Shown piece after piece: positions 40,882 to 51,553 of a DNA stretch of 64,000 nucleotides. This DNA comes from a virus (lineage: Duplodnaviria; Caudoviricetes), in the IMG/VR virus record IMGVR_UViG_3300028886_000003, positions 1-64,000 of that record. One strand, given 5' to 3'. The position numbers were made by a program, and so were the translations under genes. The stretch's first letter is position 1, and each line of letters opens with the position of its first letter. The notes under the pieces were generated by a model. The model searched no databases and was not told the origin of the DNA. It saw nothing but the letters and a program-made list of their open reading frames with translations.

Positions 40882-43572
40882 ATGGATATTGATGAAATAA
40901 AATTGTATACTCATAAAACAAAAGAAATAAAAGTAATAAATAAAAATAAACATTCATTATATAAATATGTTGTTTTAAAAATAAATGGCGACAAATGGAT
41001 GGTAAGAGATGATGAAACCATTCGTTTTAGCTTATCACCAACCGATGATTTTATTGATCACCAACAAATTGAAAAAGATTACTATTGTTATATTCCTAAT
41101 ATTTTAAATAATGAATTTTTAATATATGTACATTTTTTTCCATCTGATTTATATATTTACGAAATGTTAGATGACCTTGTATCAGAGTATGATTTTGAAA
41201 CACTAATGCAAGATGCAATAATTGAGTCAGAATATTACGAACAAGAATTTGACGAAAGTGGTAGATTAATTATTCAATCCACCGATTCAAATAGTATAAA
41301 TAATGTGCATAACCCTAATTATAAAAATTATACCAATGTTAATCCAAATATTAATAAAACTGGACAGGGATTTTTCCCATTGTCTAGTAGATATAGAACT
41401 TATCAAAATTGGCAAGTGCCTAATATTGAAAACCCAAGCCCAGAATGGAACATAACAAATAATAAAAATCCTTTTTGGCAAGCAAGAATTCCTTTTAATG
41501 ACTTAAATACTCCTACTAATGTTTTTATTAATTATGAATACTTACCAACATCAAGAGAATACCATCAGCATTACTTTGGTTTTGAACCAAAAGATATGAC
41601 TATTCTAAATAATGATTGTAAAACTCTTAATGTATTTGAAGGAACTAATATTAATCTATTAGATGATAAATTTGGGAGTAAAAAAAATTATCGTATTATT
41701 AACTTAGGAAATCCTTATGATGATACTTATAGCATGCTTGTTGAGCATGGTCAAACTATACCTGTTGATTTTGATAATTTAATACAATACAATAAAAATA
41801 CACAGATGTGTAGATGGAAAAAACATAAATGCAAAAATTATTATATTTATACTCCAGTTAATAATGATAATAACCCTCATTATTGTTATAGAGAAATTTC
41901 ATTAGAAAAAGATTCTTATTACAGTTTATTATACTATATCTATATTCCTTCTCAAACTAATATTAAAAATGAGGAAGGATATATTGATGTTGAAGTAGAT
42001 AATGTTAGTCATAAAATTGATGAAGGATTTCTTTTTAAAGACAAGCAATTACGAGATCAATGGATTTATCATGAAGTACCTTTTATTGCTGGTGATAAAA
42101 ATATAATAAAAATTTTTGGTCCACAAAAATATGATGAAAATAGTGATTATCCAAATTCTATTTATTTCCACTATTTAGAACTAAAGAAATTAGAGCAATA
42201 TTCTCCAACACTTAAATATACTGATATTGGATTAAATGTTACAGAGCAAAATCAGAAAATTTTTAGACCATTAGATAATAAGCCATGTACAAAAGTATCT
42301 ATTAATCCTGATAATAAAACTTATGAACCAAGTATTAAAGAATTTAGTACACCACACAGTAATATAAATATTGTATCAAAAGATGAAAAATATGTTTATT
42401 ATGATAAATATACAAGTGATCTTATATATGTAACGGATTCAGATGATGGAGCAATTGATTATATTGAAGAAACTAGTGATTTAATTTTTCCTGGTAATGA
42501 AGATATTAATTTTTATATTAATGATTATTCTTTATACTGTGATAGTAATAGAAAAATTACAGGAGTATATGGCCCAAATAATATCTTCTCTTTCGATTTT
42601 GTTGATGAAAATGATAATTTTATAAAAGAGGGAGAAGTTGAGGTAAGTATTTTAACACAAAAAGATAAAAGTATTGATAATAAAGGATTGCGTGTAACAC
42701 GAAGTTTTGTTCCAGTAACTGGCTCTATGGTTTTTAATAATGTTGATTTAACCTCTTTAAAACAAGATAATGATACTGATGAATATTTTATAAGATTATA
42801 TTATACTTCTAAATGCTTAGATGAACCTATAATTGTATTTAAAAAATTATATATGTATGATGAAGAGATTAGTATAAATAAAATAAAAATAAATGATACT
42901 GAATATAATGTTGAAGAAATTACAGAATATGTTATCGATGATGTACATGACTTCCCACTAAAAATAGAAGTACAATCTATCAATCAAAATAATGGAATAC
43001 AAACAGAAGGATATTATGAATTATCTATTAACGATGAATTAAATCAAAGCACTTTGATAGATAATGGGTGGGGTGATTTTTACCTACGGCAAGATGATCT
43101 TCAAATAGGAACACAAACAATTAAAATATCATATTATAGAAAAAATTATAGCTCATTAGCTTTTGTATATTTTAATATAAAAGTTGATAATTTAAAAAAT
43201 TTACAAGATTATGTTCCTATCGATTTAAAAATATTTAAAGATGGATTTACACAAGCATTACCATTAAATGACACAATTGAAGTAGAAAGTGATGATTGTG
43301 CATTATCAGTTATTGAAACAAAAAATCATAGTAAATTTAGAATAGAAGTATATCGTAATGATAAATTAATTATCAAAAAGAATATTTATAATCCAGTTGC
43401 ATCAGATATTAGTTTTGTGCACGCCGAATGGGATGAATGGCAAGAGCATGACCAATATACTTTCAAAATTGTTACAGGCAATATGTATGATGACAGTGGA
43501 AATATTATTCAAGACTTATATCGTGATTATGAGCGAACATTTGTAATTAGAAAAATACCAAAACCGATTTAA
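40882..43572 (+). CDS. Structural/adhesin protein with CBM-like and Ig-like domains (896 aa)
   Basis: Jelly-roll pattern 'ISLEKDSYYSLLYYIYIP...DQWIYHEVPF' and the Ig motif 'LQIGTQTIKISY'. Confidence 0.5.
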   Translation: MDIDEIKLYTHKTKEIKVINKNKHSLYKYVVLKINGDKWMVRDDETIRFSLSPTDDFIDHQQIEKDYYCYIPNILNNEFLIYVHFFPSDLYIYEMLDDLVSEYDFETLMQDAIIESEYYEQEFDESGRLIIQSTDSNSINNVHNPNYKNYTNVNPNINKTGQGFFPLSSRYRTYQNWQVPNIENPSPEWNITNNKNPFWQARIPFNDLNTPTNVFINYEYLPTSREYHQHYFGFEPKDMTILNNDCKTLNVFEGTNINLLDDKFGSKKNYRIINLGNPYDDTYSMLVEHGQTIPVDFDNLIQYNKNTQMCRWKKHKCKNYYIYTPVNNDNNPHYCYREISLEKDSYYSLLYYIYIPSQTNIKNEEGYIDVEVDNVSHKIDEGFLFKDKQLRDQWIYHEVPFIAGDKNIIKIFGPQKYDENSDYPNSIYFHYLELKKLEQYSPTLKYTDIGLNVTEQNQKIFRPLDNKPCTKVSINPDNKTYEPSIKEFSTPHSNINIVSKDEKYVYYDKYTSDLIYVTDSDDGAIDYIEETSDLIFPGNEDINFYINDYSLYCDSNRKITGVYGPNNIFSFDFVDENDNFIKEGEVEVSILTQKDKSIDNKGLRVTRSFVPVTGSMVFNNVDLTSLKQDNDTDEYFIRLYYTSKCLDEPIIVFKKLYMYDEEISINKIKINDTEYNVEEITEYVIDDVHDFPLKIEVQSINQNNGIQTEGYYELSINDELNQSTLIDNGWGDFYLRQDDLQIGTQTIKISYYRKNYSSLAFVYFNIKVDNLKNLQDYVPIDLKIFKDGFTQALPLNDTIEVESDDCALSVIETKNHSKFRIEVYRNDKLIIKKNIYNPVASDISFVHAEWDEWQEHDQYTFKIVTGNMYDDSGNIIQDLYRDYERTFVIRKIPKPI

Positions 43573-43576
43573 ATAT

Positions 43577-43601
43577 ATTAGAAAATAGATATGCCTATAA
43601 T
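43577..43601 (+). promoter_or_regulatory. Putative viral promoter motif ATTAGA-N13-TATAAT
   Basis: Intergenic, 50 nt upstream of the ATG at 43627, with the same spacing as the copy at 14236. Confidence 0.4.
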
Positions 43602-43626
43602 ATTTATACAATATGAGGCATATTAA

Positions 43627-46600
43627 ATGGCAGATAAGATATATATTTATCCTAAAAAAATTCAAACAAGTACTGGGCAATCTATTGAACATAATACTCA
43701 GAAAATTACAAATCCTAGTTTTTTATGCTCTTCAAATCAATCTTTAGCATATTGGGGAGTTAAAAATCCAACATATGTTGGAAATTATTTACGTAATTAT
43801 TACGATAGTGTTACAAGTATCACTGGATCTTATTATAAGCCTGAACCAATATATGCCATCTCTTGGGATATTGATGAATTATCTAGTGATGATAAAATTA
43901 ATAGTATCATAGTACAATACAAATGGGAGCAAATAAGTTACTCATGTGGTACTAATGCTTGTTATGGAGATTTTGATAAACCAACTATATCTATTATTTA
44001 TGATGGAAAAGTTATTGCAAGTGGTAAAGGATCTAAGCCTGACGCAGTACGTTACAATAATAACAAAACAAATGAAGAAAAAATGAATGTAAATTCTGCT
44101 GAATTATCTACTTTACATTCACAAACTTTTAAGATTCCTGAAAAATATAATTTAACTGCCAAAAAATTAAAAGATGTAAAAATAAAATTTGCCCCTGCAA
44201 AAAATACCTCACATAATCATTGCCGTATTGTTATGCAATTTTTACGTATGAAAGTAGATTATACACCATATGTAAAACAAGTTGAAACAGTTCCTAATTA
44301 TAGAGTTAATAGTGCTTATATTTCTGCAAGAGAGCCAGATCGATATAATCCTACTATTACTTGTAACTCAGAACATGTAGAATTTTCTTATTTTTGTTCC
44401 ATTAGAAATAGTAATAAATATAATAAAAATACTACTTGTAAATTTACTATACCTGATGATATTACTGTTATTGAAGCTAAGCCTTATAATGGTGATTATG
44501 ATTATTCAACTAATACATGGAATATACCAAGCTTTGAAGGATATAAAACATATATACAATTGGTATGTAGCTGCAGTAATGTTGGAAGTAAAAAAATAAT
44601 AGCTAATATTAATCAGTATGCTGATTCAATTAATAAGAGTAAAGAATGTAGTTTTGAAGTAAAAAAAATTGAAGATAGTTTTGAATGGAATGTTTCAATT
44701 GATGGAGATAATGCTCCATATATATATAATGGAAAAGATTCATTGAAAAAACGTTTAAGGGTAGATATTCATAGAATATGTGATTCTAATCGTCAAGAAA
44801 ATGTTATTATTGATACACAAAATTGGATTACAGAAAATATATGGCGTGTTAGTAATGATGAAAGTAATTACGATTACAATAATATTAAATATTTAGGCGA
44901 AGGAAAATGGGAATTTAAAAATATTATTGGTAAAGATATTGCAATTATTAGTAATAAAAATGGAGCATATCCTACTTTAAATCCTGGAGAATATCATATA
45001 ACTGTAACACATCAAGAAAGTAGAAAAAAAGATGAAGTAAAAAATATTGATATTTATGTAACTTATGATAAATTACCAATGGATTATTTTAAATTAAGAC
45101 TTGAAGATGGTTCTGATATTAGATATAATTCATTTATAGTGTCAGAGGGAGATGATTTACAGTTCCCAATTACATATGAACCTCTTCCTGATAATCTTGC
45201 CGATAATATTACTATTTATGGAGAGGATAAACGTATTCCTGTAAGTGAAGCAAGATATGTTACATATACAATTGATAGTAAAGTAAATTTAAAAAATGTA
45301 TTATGTGAAATAGAGGTTATTGGATCAAATTATATTGAAGAAGAAGGTCAAACTTATTATTCTGATAGTTCTGAAATAATTATTGGTGTTGATAATCAAG
45401 CTGAATTATTAACAGGTATTGATAAAAAATTCTGTGTTATTAATGAAATAAAAGCAGATGAAAGTAAGAAAATTCAATTTATAGTTCAGTCTGATATGGA
45501 ACAAGATTGTGTTTTTAAATTAAATTTGTTAGGTTATAATGAAAAATATGAAACTAAGGATTGGAAGCCTGCTAATATTATTTTTAAAGATGTACCTAAT
45601 GTAAAATTATCAATAGATGTTAATGATGATGATTTATCTATTCCTGATAATGATACAATTGAAGTGCAATATATTATTGAAAATCAATCAATGGTAGATG
45701 GTACAGATATAAAATTCCAACTAAAAGAACCATCATCTTTTAAAGTTCAAAACTTTGACTATAAAGGATCACAAGTTAAATATGCACTTTATCAACCACC
45801 AAATGAAGAAAGATTACCACAAGAACCTATCTTTGACCCATATAAAAGAATAATAACTTTCCCAACTTTATGGGGGAAAAAATATTCAGAATTACAACAA
45901 TCATATGTTACACAAAAACATATTTTAAAAATAGTATACAAAGCTACACAAAAAGGTATTTATAACCTCAAATTAGAAACACTTGATGATAAAAATACTT
46001 TTGAAGATGATCAACAAAAAAATAGTACAACAAAAAGAATTATAGTTGATACATCTAGTAAAATTAAAGTAAAAACATCTGTTAATAACAATACTCCTTT
46101 TGTTAATGAATTAATTGATTATAAAATTAGTTTCAAAAATTATATAAAATCCCAAGATAATATTAAATTTATTATTAAAGATATTGGTAATTACGATGAT
46201 TTACATGAAACAAATGATTATAAATTAGAATATGATTTAAAAACAAAAGGTAAATTAAAAACAAAATTTAATAACAATAATATAGGAATATGGAAAATTA
46301 AACAAGTAGATGTAAATGAAGAGCAAGAATTAACCCTAACATTAAGACCGCAACAATTAGGGTATCATATAATTGAAGCAACCTTAATTGATAATGATGG
46401 ACAAAAAGAAACCTTTTCCAATATTGTTAATGTACTTGAGCCTAATAAACAAATAGATTTTAATGTTTATCATGCTGTAGGAACAACAAAAGATACTGAC
46501 TGTTCTGATTTCGACAATATTATTGAAATTTGTGATAATGATTATATTGATTTAGGAGATACTTTATTTTATGTATGTGAAGTAAAAAACAACAATAGAA

Positions 46601-49600
46601 ATACAATTGAAGATACAACACATGTATACATAAGATTAAATGATAGCTTCTTAGATAATGATATAATATGTAGCACTCATAATATCACAAGACAAGATAA
46701 TAATCTTCTACATATTCGTATTCCTCAAATTGGTGGTTGCCAAACTGAAAAAATTTGTTTCAAGATTCAACCATCTAAAATTGGTACTTATATAAGTAAT
46801 TTTATGTTAAGCAATCGTAATGCACATATATATCATAAAAAACTAACTATTAATGTTGATACAGAATTTAATCAAAAAAAATTAGAACACGAAATTACCA
46901 TTTACAATTTTGAAAAAACAAACCATTACTTCAGATATGAGCTTGATGGTAATAATGATATTTTTAAATTCTTCAACAGAGGAGCAGATAAATCATTAAG
47001 ATTAGTAGATATTGAAAATTATGAAAATGGAAGTATTGAAACATATAGAGGGTCTAATATTAAAAAACTTATTAGAGATATATCTAATAATTCAAAATAT
47101 GTTGAACCTGAATTATTAAACATAGGTAATAATAAATTAGCTCCAAAAGGATATGAAATATATCCTGATGGTTTTATACGAAGATTTGGATTATTAAACT
47201 CAGAAGTATTTCATTATACTGGTCAATTACCTACAATAAGTTTCTTAGTAGATAGAGCTATGAGATGGAATCAAGATAATTGGGATGAAAAATTTTGGGC
47301 TGGTGATGATTATGATAATGGTGTTTTTGATTTAACTATTGATTATAATAAAATACCTACTAATTTCAATATCTTAGAGGTAGAGAATCCAATTAAAAAT
47401 TTACAAGCACTTGTTGATAAAACAAAACCATATGGTACAAAAGCATTATGTTATTATTCAACAAAATTATATTTAGATTTAAAAGTTGATGCTCAATTAT
47501 ATGATTTTGAAATTGGAGCAAATGCTAGTTTGTTTAATAAATTAAAAAAGCTTGGACTAATCTCGTTATATCATAAACATGACAAAAGTATAGCAGCTAT
47601 TTATGATTTGTTTGAATTTGGATTAAAAACTAATATGGACTTATATGAATTAGTAGAATTATCAAAAGCGAAAAATGAATATACTAATCAATATAAAGCA
47701 GAACCATATAATAACTTAGGATTAGCAACTAATACAATGCTTGTAGCAGAAGTATTTGATCAACAATATTCAAAAAAATATATTAATGAATGCTATGATA
47801 TTGTAAATATGCTTTATAGTCATAATTCAAATATTTCCAATATAGACATTATAAAAGACTACAATTATAAAGAAAATCATTCAAATAATAATTTCGCATT
47901 AATGCTAAATGAAATTTATAGTTTTGAATATACAGATAAAGATACAACATCTATTTTTATTGATGATAAAAAATATGAAATAAAATGTATTGAAGATGAT
48001 TTAGAGCAATTTATTGGTTTTAAAATTACACAAGATGATAAAGAATTATTTAGTACAAATTTCTATACTAACATTTCAAAATATAATATTCAAATACAAA
48101 TGTGTGATATTCCTAATGTTAATAATAAGTATATTGTTCATATTTTTTCAAGTATTAATGAAAAACCATATGTACATATTGGATATATAATAATTGATAT
48201 ACATAATGAGATTATAATACAACCAAGTGAATACAATTCATATTCATATGATACTAATGATCAAAAAATTAAATTTAGAATATCAGACAATATAAAAACA
48301 TTAAAAGAATCAGTAAGTAAAGTAGTACAATTTGATAAAACATATAAGTGGAAAGGATTAAACAATATTACTAATAATAATAAATATGCTTATATTGAAA
48401 ATAATATCGATATTGATAAAGAATGTAAAGAAACTGAAGTTAAAACACCAACAATTGGTTTAAAATATGATAAATTTAATCTTAGCAACCAAGATGAAAT
48501 TATAGATATTGGTGTTAAAATTAAAGCAAAAACAAACAAAGAAAACTTTTTAGATGATGTTAGAATAAATCTTTATCAAAATGGTGATTACTATATTCCT
48601 GAAAATAATATAGCAAGAAAAATACACTACCCTCAATCAGTACAAAATATGTATGATGATTATGTAAATACTATTTTTGTACAACAACCTAATATTACTA
48701 TTTGTTCACATTGTATGCATACTCATATCGGTTTACTTGATTATTGTCCAGATTGTCAATCTGATCAAGTATCCCAGTATGATGAAAAAAAATCTGTTAC
48801 AATATGTAGAAATCCTGAATGTGAATGGATTACAGATGATTGGCATGATTATTGTCCTCATTGTTTATCAAAGGATGTTGAAAAAACAAAGGTTGATTTT
48901 AATAGGACATATTGTTTTGATTGTCAAGTTGTTTTCAATGATTATTATCCTGTATGTCCTAAATGTGGTAAAAAAAATATTGTTCATACAAATAAAGATG
49001 AACAAAAGTATGTGATTGCTGGTAGTGAAAAAGAAAATATTGATAAGATAACTATACATAGTGATACAAATCGTGTAAACATTTGTAATTTAGAAATCAA
49101 AGTACAGGATGTTATTGATAAATATAAATTATTTGATACTTTAAAATTACATTTAAAAGGTCAGAATTATAATAATGGGCATTTTTACTATTGTCCTTCT
49201 TGTGAGAAAATTTTCTTAGATGATCATAATCATTGTCCGTATTGTAATAATAAAAATATTGAAGAATATAGTGATTTTAATAATACAAATATATATGTAT
49301 ATATACAAGATGGTAGTTCAATAAGTGAGATAAAAATAGATGAAGAATATGGTCAATTAAAAGATAGTTTTGATGTTCCAATTGATATATTATCAATTGT
49401 TGATAGCATTAAACAACCAAGTTTTAGTCTATTGATATATGCTGAAAATTTATTATATGATAATGTTAATAATCTCATTGAAGAATTAGACACAGACGAG
49501 GAAAGTTATGATTTGTATGTAAATAATCTCCCAGTAATGAACCTAACCTTAGATAACATTTATTATGAACAACAATACAAAGGAGAAACAGAATGGGAAG

Positions 49601-51039
49601 GATTAGATAAACTACAATATGCTAATCATACAGGTATCAAATATAGTACAGATAACGAAGAAACAACAAGATATATTCGATTTGATGACTTTGATATACA
49701 ATCAGATGAATATAATCATTTATATTTAACAATTGCTGGAATCAATAAATCAAGCAAACATATAAGTCTAACAATAAATGTTAACACAAAAAATACAGAC
49801 ACAGAAGAACATGTAATATCAGGAATTGAACCTGACTTATTTGAAGAAAAAATTGATTTATTTAATTTTATGAAAATAAAACAAGTGCAAGATATTTCAA
49901 TACAAATACAATTTACAGATTTAGAAGAACAATCAGAAATTATAATTACACATGTATCATTAACAACAGAAAAAGAACAAAACAAAAACATATTATATGG
50001 AAATACAAAAACACAAGACTATCATATAGCAAATGAAAATGATACTTATTTGTTTACTACATATGATATTTTCAATATAATTAATAATCATCCATTTTAT
50101 ATTGATAATAGATTATTGGATACAAATTTAGTATGTTATTTAGATTTCGGATATTTACATAATCAAGAATATATACGTTTGTATGATGTAGAATTGGTTA
50201 TATTATATAAAAATAAATATGGAAAAATGATTACAGAATATATAGACTTATATGATGAGCAATACGATAAACAATTATCTAATGCTAAAATACAAAAAAA
50301 TGATGCTGAAATTTGGGGAGCAATACAAACATCAGTTAATACATTAAATAATTTAGAATCTCAAATATTTAATAATGTTGAAGAAGAGGATTTACAATCA
50401 ACTTCTTTGAAAAAAGAATTATTACAATCATTTACAACATTAACAAACGATATAAGTCAAATTAGATTAGATTACGATGGTTATATTGGATATCCAAGCG
50501 ATATGATTACAGTACAAATATTTGATAATTATCAAAATAAACCTGATAATCTTTTATTCTCAAATACTATTATGACACCATCAACAAAAGACGAAATGTG
50601 TATAGATATTAATTTAGACAATATTGCACAAGGTAAATATTGGATTAAACTAATAGATGAAGAAGCTGATGATAATAATTATCATAAATTTTGTCATAAT
50701 AGAAATTTAGATATTGGTAACCTTATAATACAAGATAAAAATGGAAAATACCAATATGATGAAAATAAAGTATTAAGTTTTGCTGTTGACTCACATAGTG
50801 ATATACAACAGTATTATAATACACCGACAACAATAGATGTTGATAATATTTTAGATTTCAAAACATGCTATACTTTGTATAGATATAATACACAAAGTAA
50901 TAGTAATGCTTATATTTCTGATATAAAAAATGAATTAGGATATTTACAATACACTGATCAAAATGATATTGAAATAGAGGATACTTATGATGCAGAAGAA
51001 CTTCAAGATCAAAGCGACACAGATATTACAAATTCATAA
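43627..51039 (+). CDS. Giant (2470 aa) virion protein with DUF11-like Ig domains, a wedge-like motif and zinc ribbons
   Basis: DUF11-like 'NNNTPFVNELIDYKISFKN...GIWKI' and wedge-like 'LVDKTKPYGTK'. Four CxxC...CPxC ribbons lie at 48703-49245. Confidence 0.6.
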   Translation: MADKIYIYPKKIQTSTGQSIEHNTQKITNPSFLCSSNQSLAYWGVKNPTYVGNYLRNYYDSVTSITGSYYKPEPIYAISWDIDELSSDDKINSIIVQYKWEQISYSCGTNACYGDFDKPTISIIYDGKVIASGKGSKPDAVRYNNNKTNEEKMNVNSAELSTLHSQTFKIPEKYNLTAKKLKDVKIKFAPAKNTSHNHCRIVMQFLRMKVDYTPYVKQVETVPNYRVNSAYISAREPDRYNPTITCNSEHVEFSYFCSIRNSNKYNKNTTCKFTIPDDITVIEAKPYNGDYDYSTNTWNIPSFEGYKTYIQLVCSCSNVGSKKIIANINQYADSINKSKECSFEVKKIEDSFEWNVSIDGDNAPYIYNGKDSLKKRLRVDIHRICDSNRQENVIIDTQNWITENIWRVSNDESNYDYNNIKYLGEGKWEFKNIIGKDIAIISNKNGAYPTLNPGEYHITVTHQESRKKDEVKNIDIYVTYDKLPMDYFKLRLEDGSDIRYNSFIVSEGDDLQFPITYEPLPDNLADNITIYGEDKRIPVSEARYVTYTIDSKVNLKNVLCEIEVIGSNYIEEEGQTYYSDSSEIIIGVDNQAELLTGIDKKFCVINEIKADESKKIQFIVQSDMEQDCVFKLNLLGYNEKYETKDWKPANIIFKDVPNVKLSIDVNDDDLSIPDNDTIEVQYIIENQSMVDGTDIKFQLKEPSSFKVQNFDYKGSQVKYALYQPPNEERLPQEPIFDPYKRIITFPTLWGKKYSELQQSYVTQKHILKIVYKATQKGIYNLKLETLDDKNTFEDDQQKNSTTKRIIVDTSSKIKVKTSVNNNTPFVNELIDYKISFKNYIKSQDNIKFIIKDIGNYDDLHETNDYKLEYDLKTKGKLKTKFNNNNIGIWKIKQVDVNEEQELTLTLRPQQLGYHIIEATLIDNDGQKETFSNIVNVLEPNKQIDFNVYHAVGTTKDTDCSDFDNIIEICDNDYIDLGDTLFYVCEVKNNNRNTIEDTTHVYIRLNDSFLDNDIICSTHNITRQDNNLLHIRIPQIGGCQTEKICFKIQPSKIGTYISNFMLSNRNAHIYHKKLTINVDTEFNQKKLEHEITIYNFEKTNHYFRYELDGNNDIFKFFNRGADKSLRLVDIENYENGSIETYRGSNIKKLIRDISNNSKYVEPELLNIGNNKLAPKGYEIYPDGFIRRFGLLNSEVFHYTGQLPTISFLVDRAMRWNQDNWDEKFWAGDDYDNGVFDLTIDYNKIPTNFNILEVENPIKNLQALVDKTKPYGTKALCYYSTKLYLDLKVDAQLYDFEIGANASLFNKLKKLGLISLYHKHDKSIAAIYDLFEFGLKTNMDLYELVELSKAKNEYTNQYKAEPYNNLGLATNTMLVAEVFDQQYSKKYINECYDIVNMLYSHNSNISNIDIIKDYNYKENHSNNNFALMLNEIYSFEYTDKDTTSIFIDDKKYEIKCIEDDLEQFIGFKITQDDKELFSTNFYTNISKYNIQIQMCDIPNVNNKYIVHIFSSINEKPYVHIGYIIIDIHNEIIIQPSEYNSYSYDTNDQKIKFRISDNIKTLKESVSKVVQFDKTYKWKGLNNITNNNKYAYIENNIDIDKECKETEVKTPTIGLKYDKFNLSNQDEIIDIGVKIKAKTNKENFLDDVRINLYQNGDYYIPENNIARKIHYPQSVQNMYDDYVNTIFVQQPNITICSHCMHTHIGLLDYCPDCQSDQVSQYDEKKSVTICRNPECEWITDDWHDYCPHCLSKDVEKTKVDFNRTYCFDCQVVFNDYYPVCPKCGKKNIVHTNKDEQKYVIAGSEKENIDKITIHSDTNRVNICNLEIKVQDVIDKYKLFDTLKLHLKGQNYNNGHFYYCPSCEKIFLDDHNHCPYCNNKNIEEYSDFNNTNIYVYIQDGSSISEIKIDEEYGQLKDSFDVPIDILSIVDSIKQPSFSLLIYAENLLYDNVNNLIEELDTDEESYDLYVNNLPVMNLTLDNIYYEQQYKGETEWEGLDKLQYANHTGIKYSTDNEETTRYIRFDDFDIQSDEYNHLYLTIAGINKSSKHISLTINVNTKNTDTEEHVISGIEPDLFEEKIDLFNFMKIKQVQDISIQIQFTDLEEQSEIIITHVSLTTEKEQNKNILYGNTKTQDYHIANENDTYLFTTYDIFNIINNHPFYIDNRLLDTNLVCYLDFGYLHNQEYIRLYDVELVILYKNKYGKMITEYIDLYDEQYDKQLSNAKIQKNDAEIWGAIQTSVNTLNNLESQIFNNVEEEDLQSTSLKKELLQSFTTLTNDISQIRLDYDGYIGYPSDMITVQIFDNYQNKPDNLLFSNTIMTPSTKDEMCIDINLDNIAQGKYWIKLIDEEADDNNYHKFCHNRNLDIGNLIIQDKNGKYQYDENKVLSFAVDSHSDIQQYYNTPTTIDVDNILDFKTCYTLYRYNTQSNSNAYISDIKNELGYLQYTDQNDIEIEDTYDAEELQDQSDTDITNS

Positions 51040-51139
51040 TGATGATACAAATGAAACTGAATATTTAATCGAAAAAGATGGTGAATGGGTAAAAATTACT
51101 GAAGATAAATATGAACAAATAAGAGGTAAAGTATGTTAG
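50987..51139 (+). CDS. Small hypothetical protein (50 aa, not in the ORF track)
   Basis: AGAGG RBS at 50976-50980. Translation MMQKNFKIKATQILQIHNDDTNETEYLIEKDGEWVKITEDKYEQIRGKVC*. It fills the gap and overlaps both neighbours. Confidence 0.55.
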   Translation: MMQKNFKIKATQILQIHNDDTNETEYLIEKDGEWVKITEDKYEQIRGKVC

Positions 51140-51543
51140 AAAAATATATTACAGAAGAAGGTAAAAAACATTGGCTTAAATTAGGTTTTTTAACCGATGA
51201 TAATTCAAGTAACTTTAATTATGTAGCTCTAGGTGTTTCAGACAGTAGTGCAGCAATTAATAATGGACAAGGCTTTACAGAAGCTAATGGAAATGATTAT
51301 GCTCGTGTACAATTTGTAGAAGAAAATCAAATAGACAATACTGGAACATCAATTACACTTTCAGCTACTTTTGATAGTACAAACTTTAATCCATCTGAAC
51401 CAGTTACTATATCAGAGATAGGAATTGTTAATCAGGACATTGCAAATAACAATGATGTATTTTTTGCTTATATGAGTGTACCAACAATTGAAAAAAGCTC
51501 TAATGTTAGTCTTAAGTATACTGTAATCATTGGATTAGAATAG
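51133..51543 (+). CDS. Tail-collar / fibre-base-like protein (DUF3751-like)
   Basis: Pattern 'ITEEGK...YVALG...TISEIGI...FAY...K'. Confidence 0.6.
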   Translation: MLEKYITEEGKKHWLKLGFLTDDNSSNFNYVALGVSDSSAAINNGQGFTEANGNDYARVQFVEENQIDNTGTSITLSATFDSTNFNPSEPVTISEIGIVNQDIANNNDVFFAYMSVPTIEKSSNVSLKYTVIIGLE

Positions 51544-51553
51544 AGGTAATATT

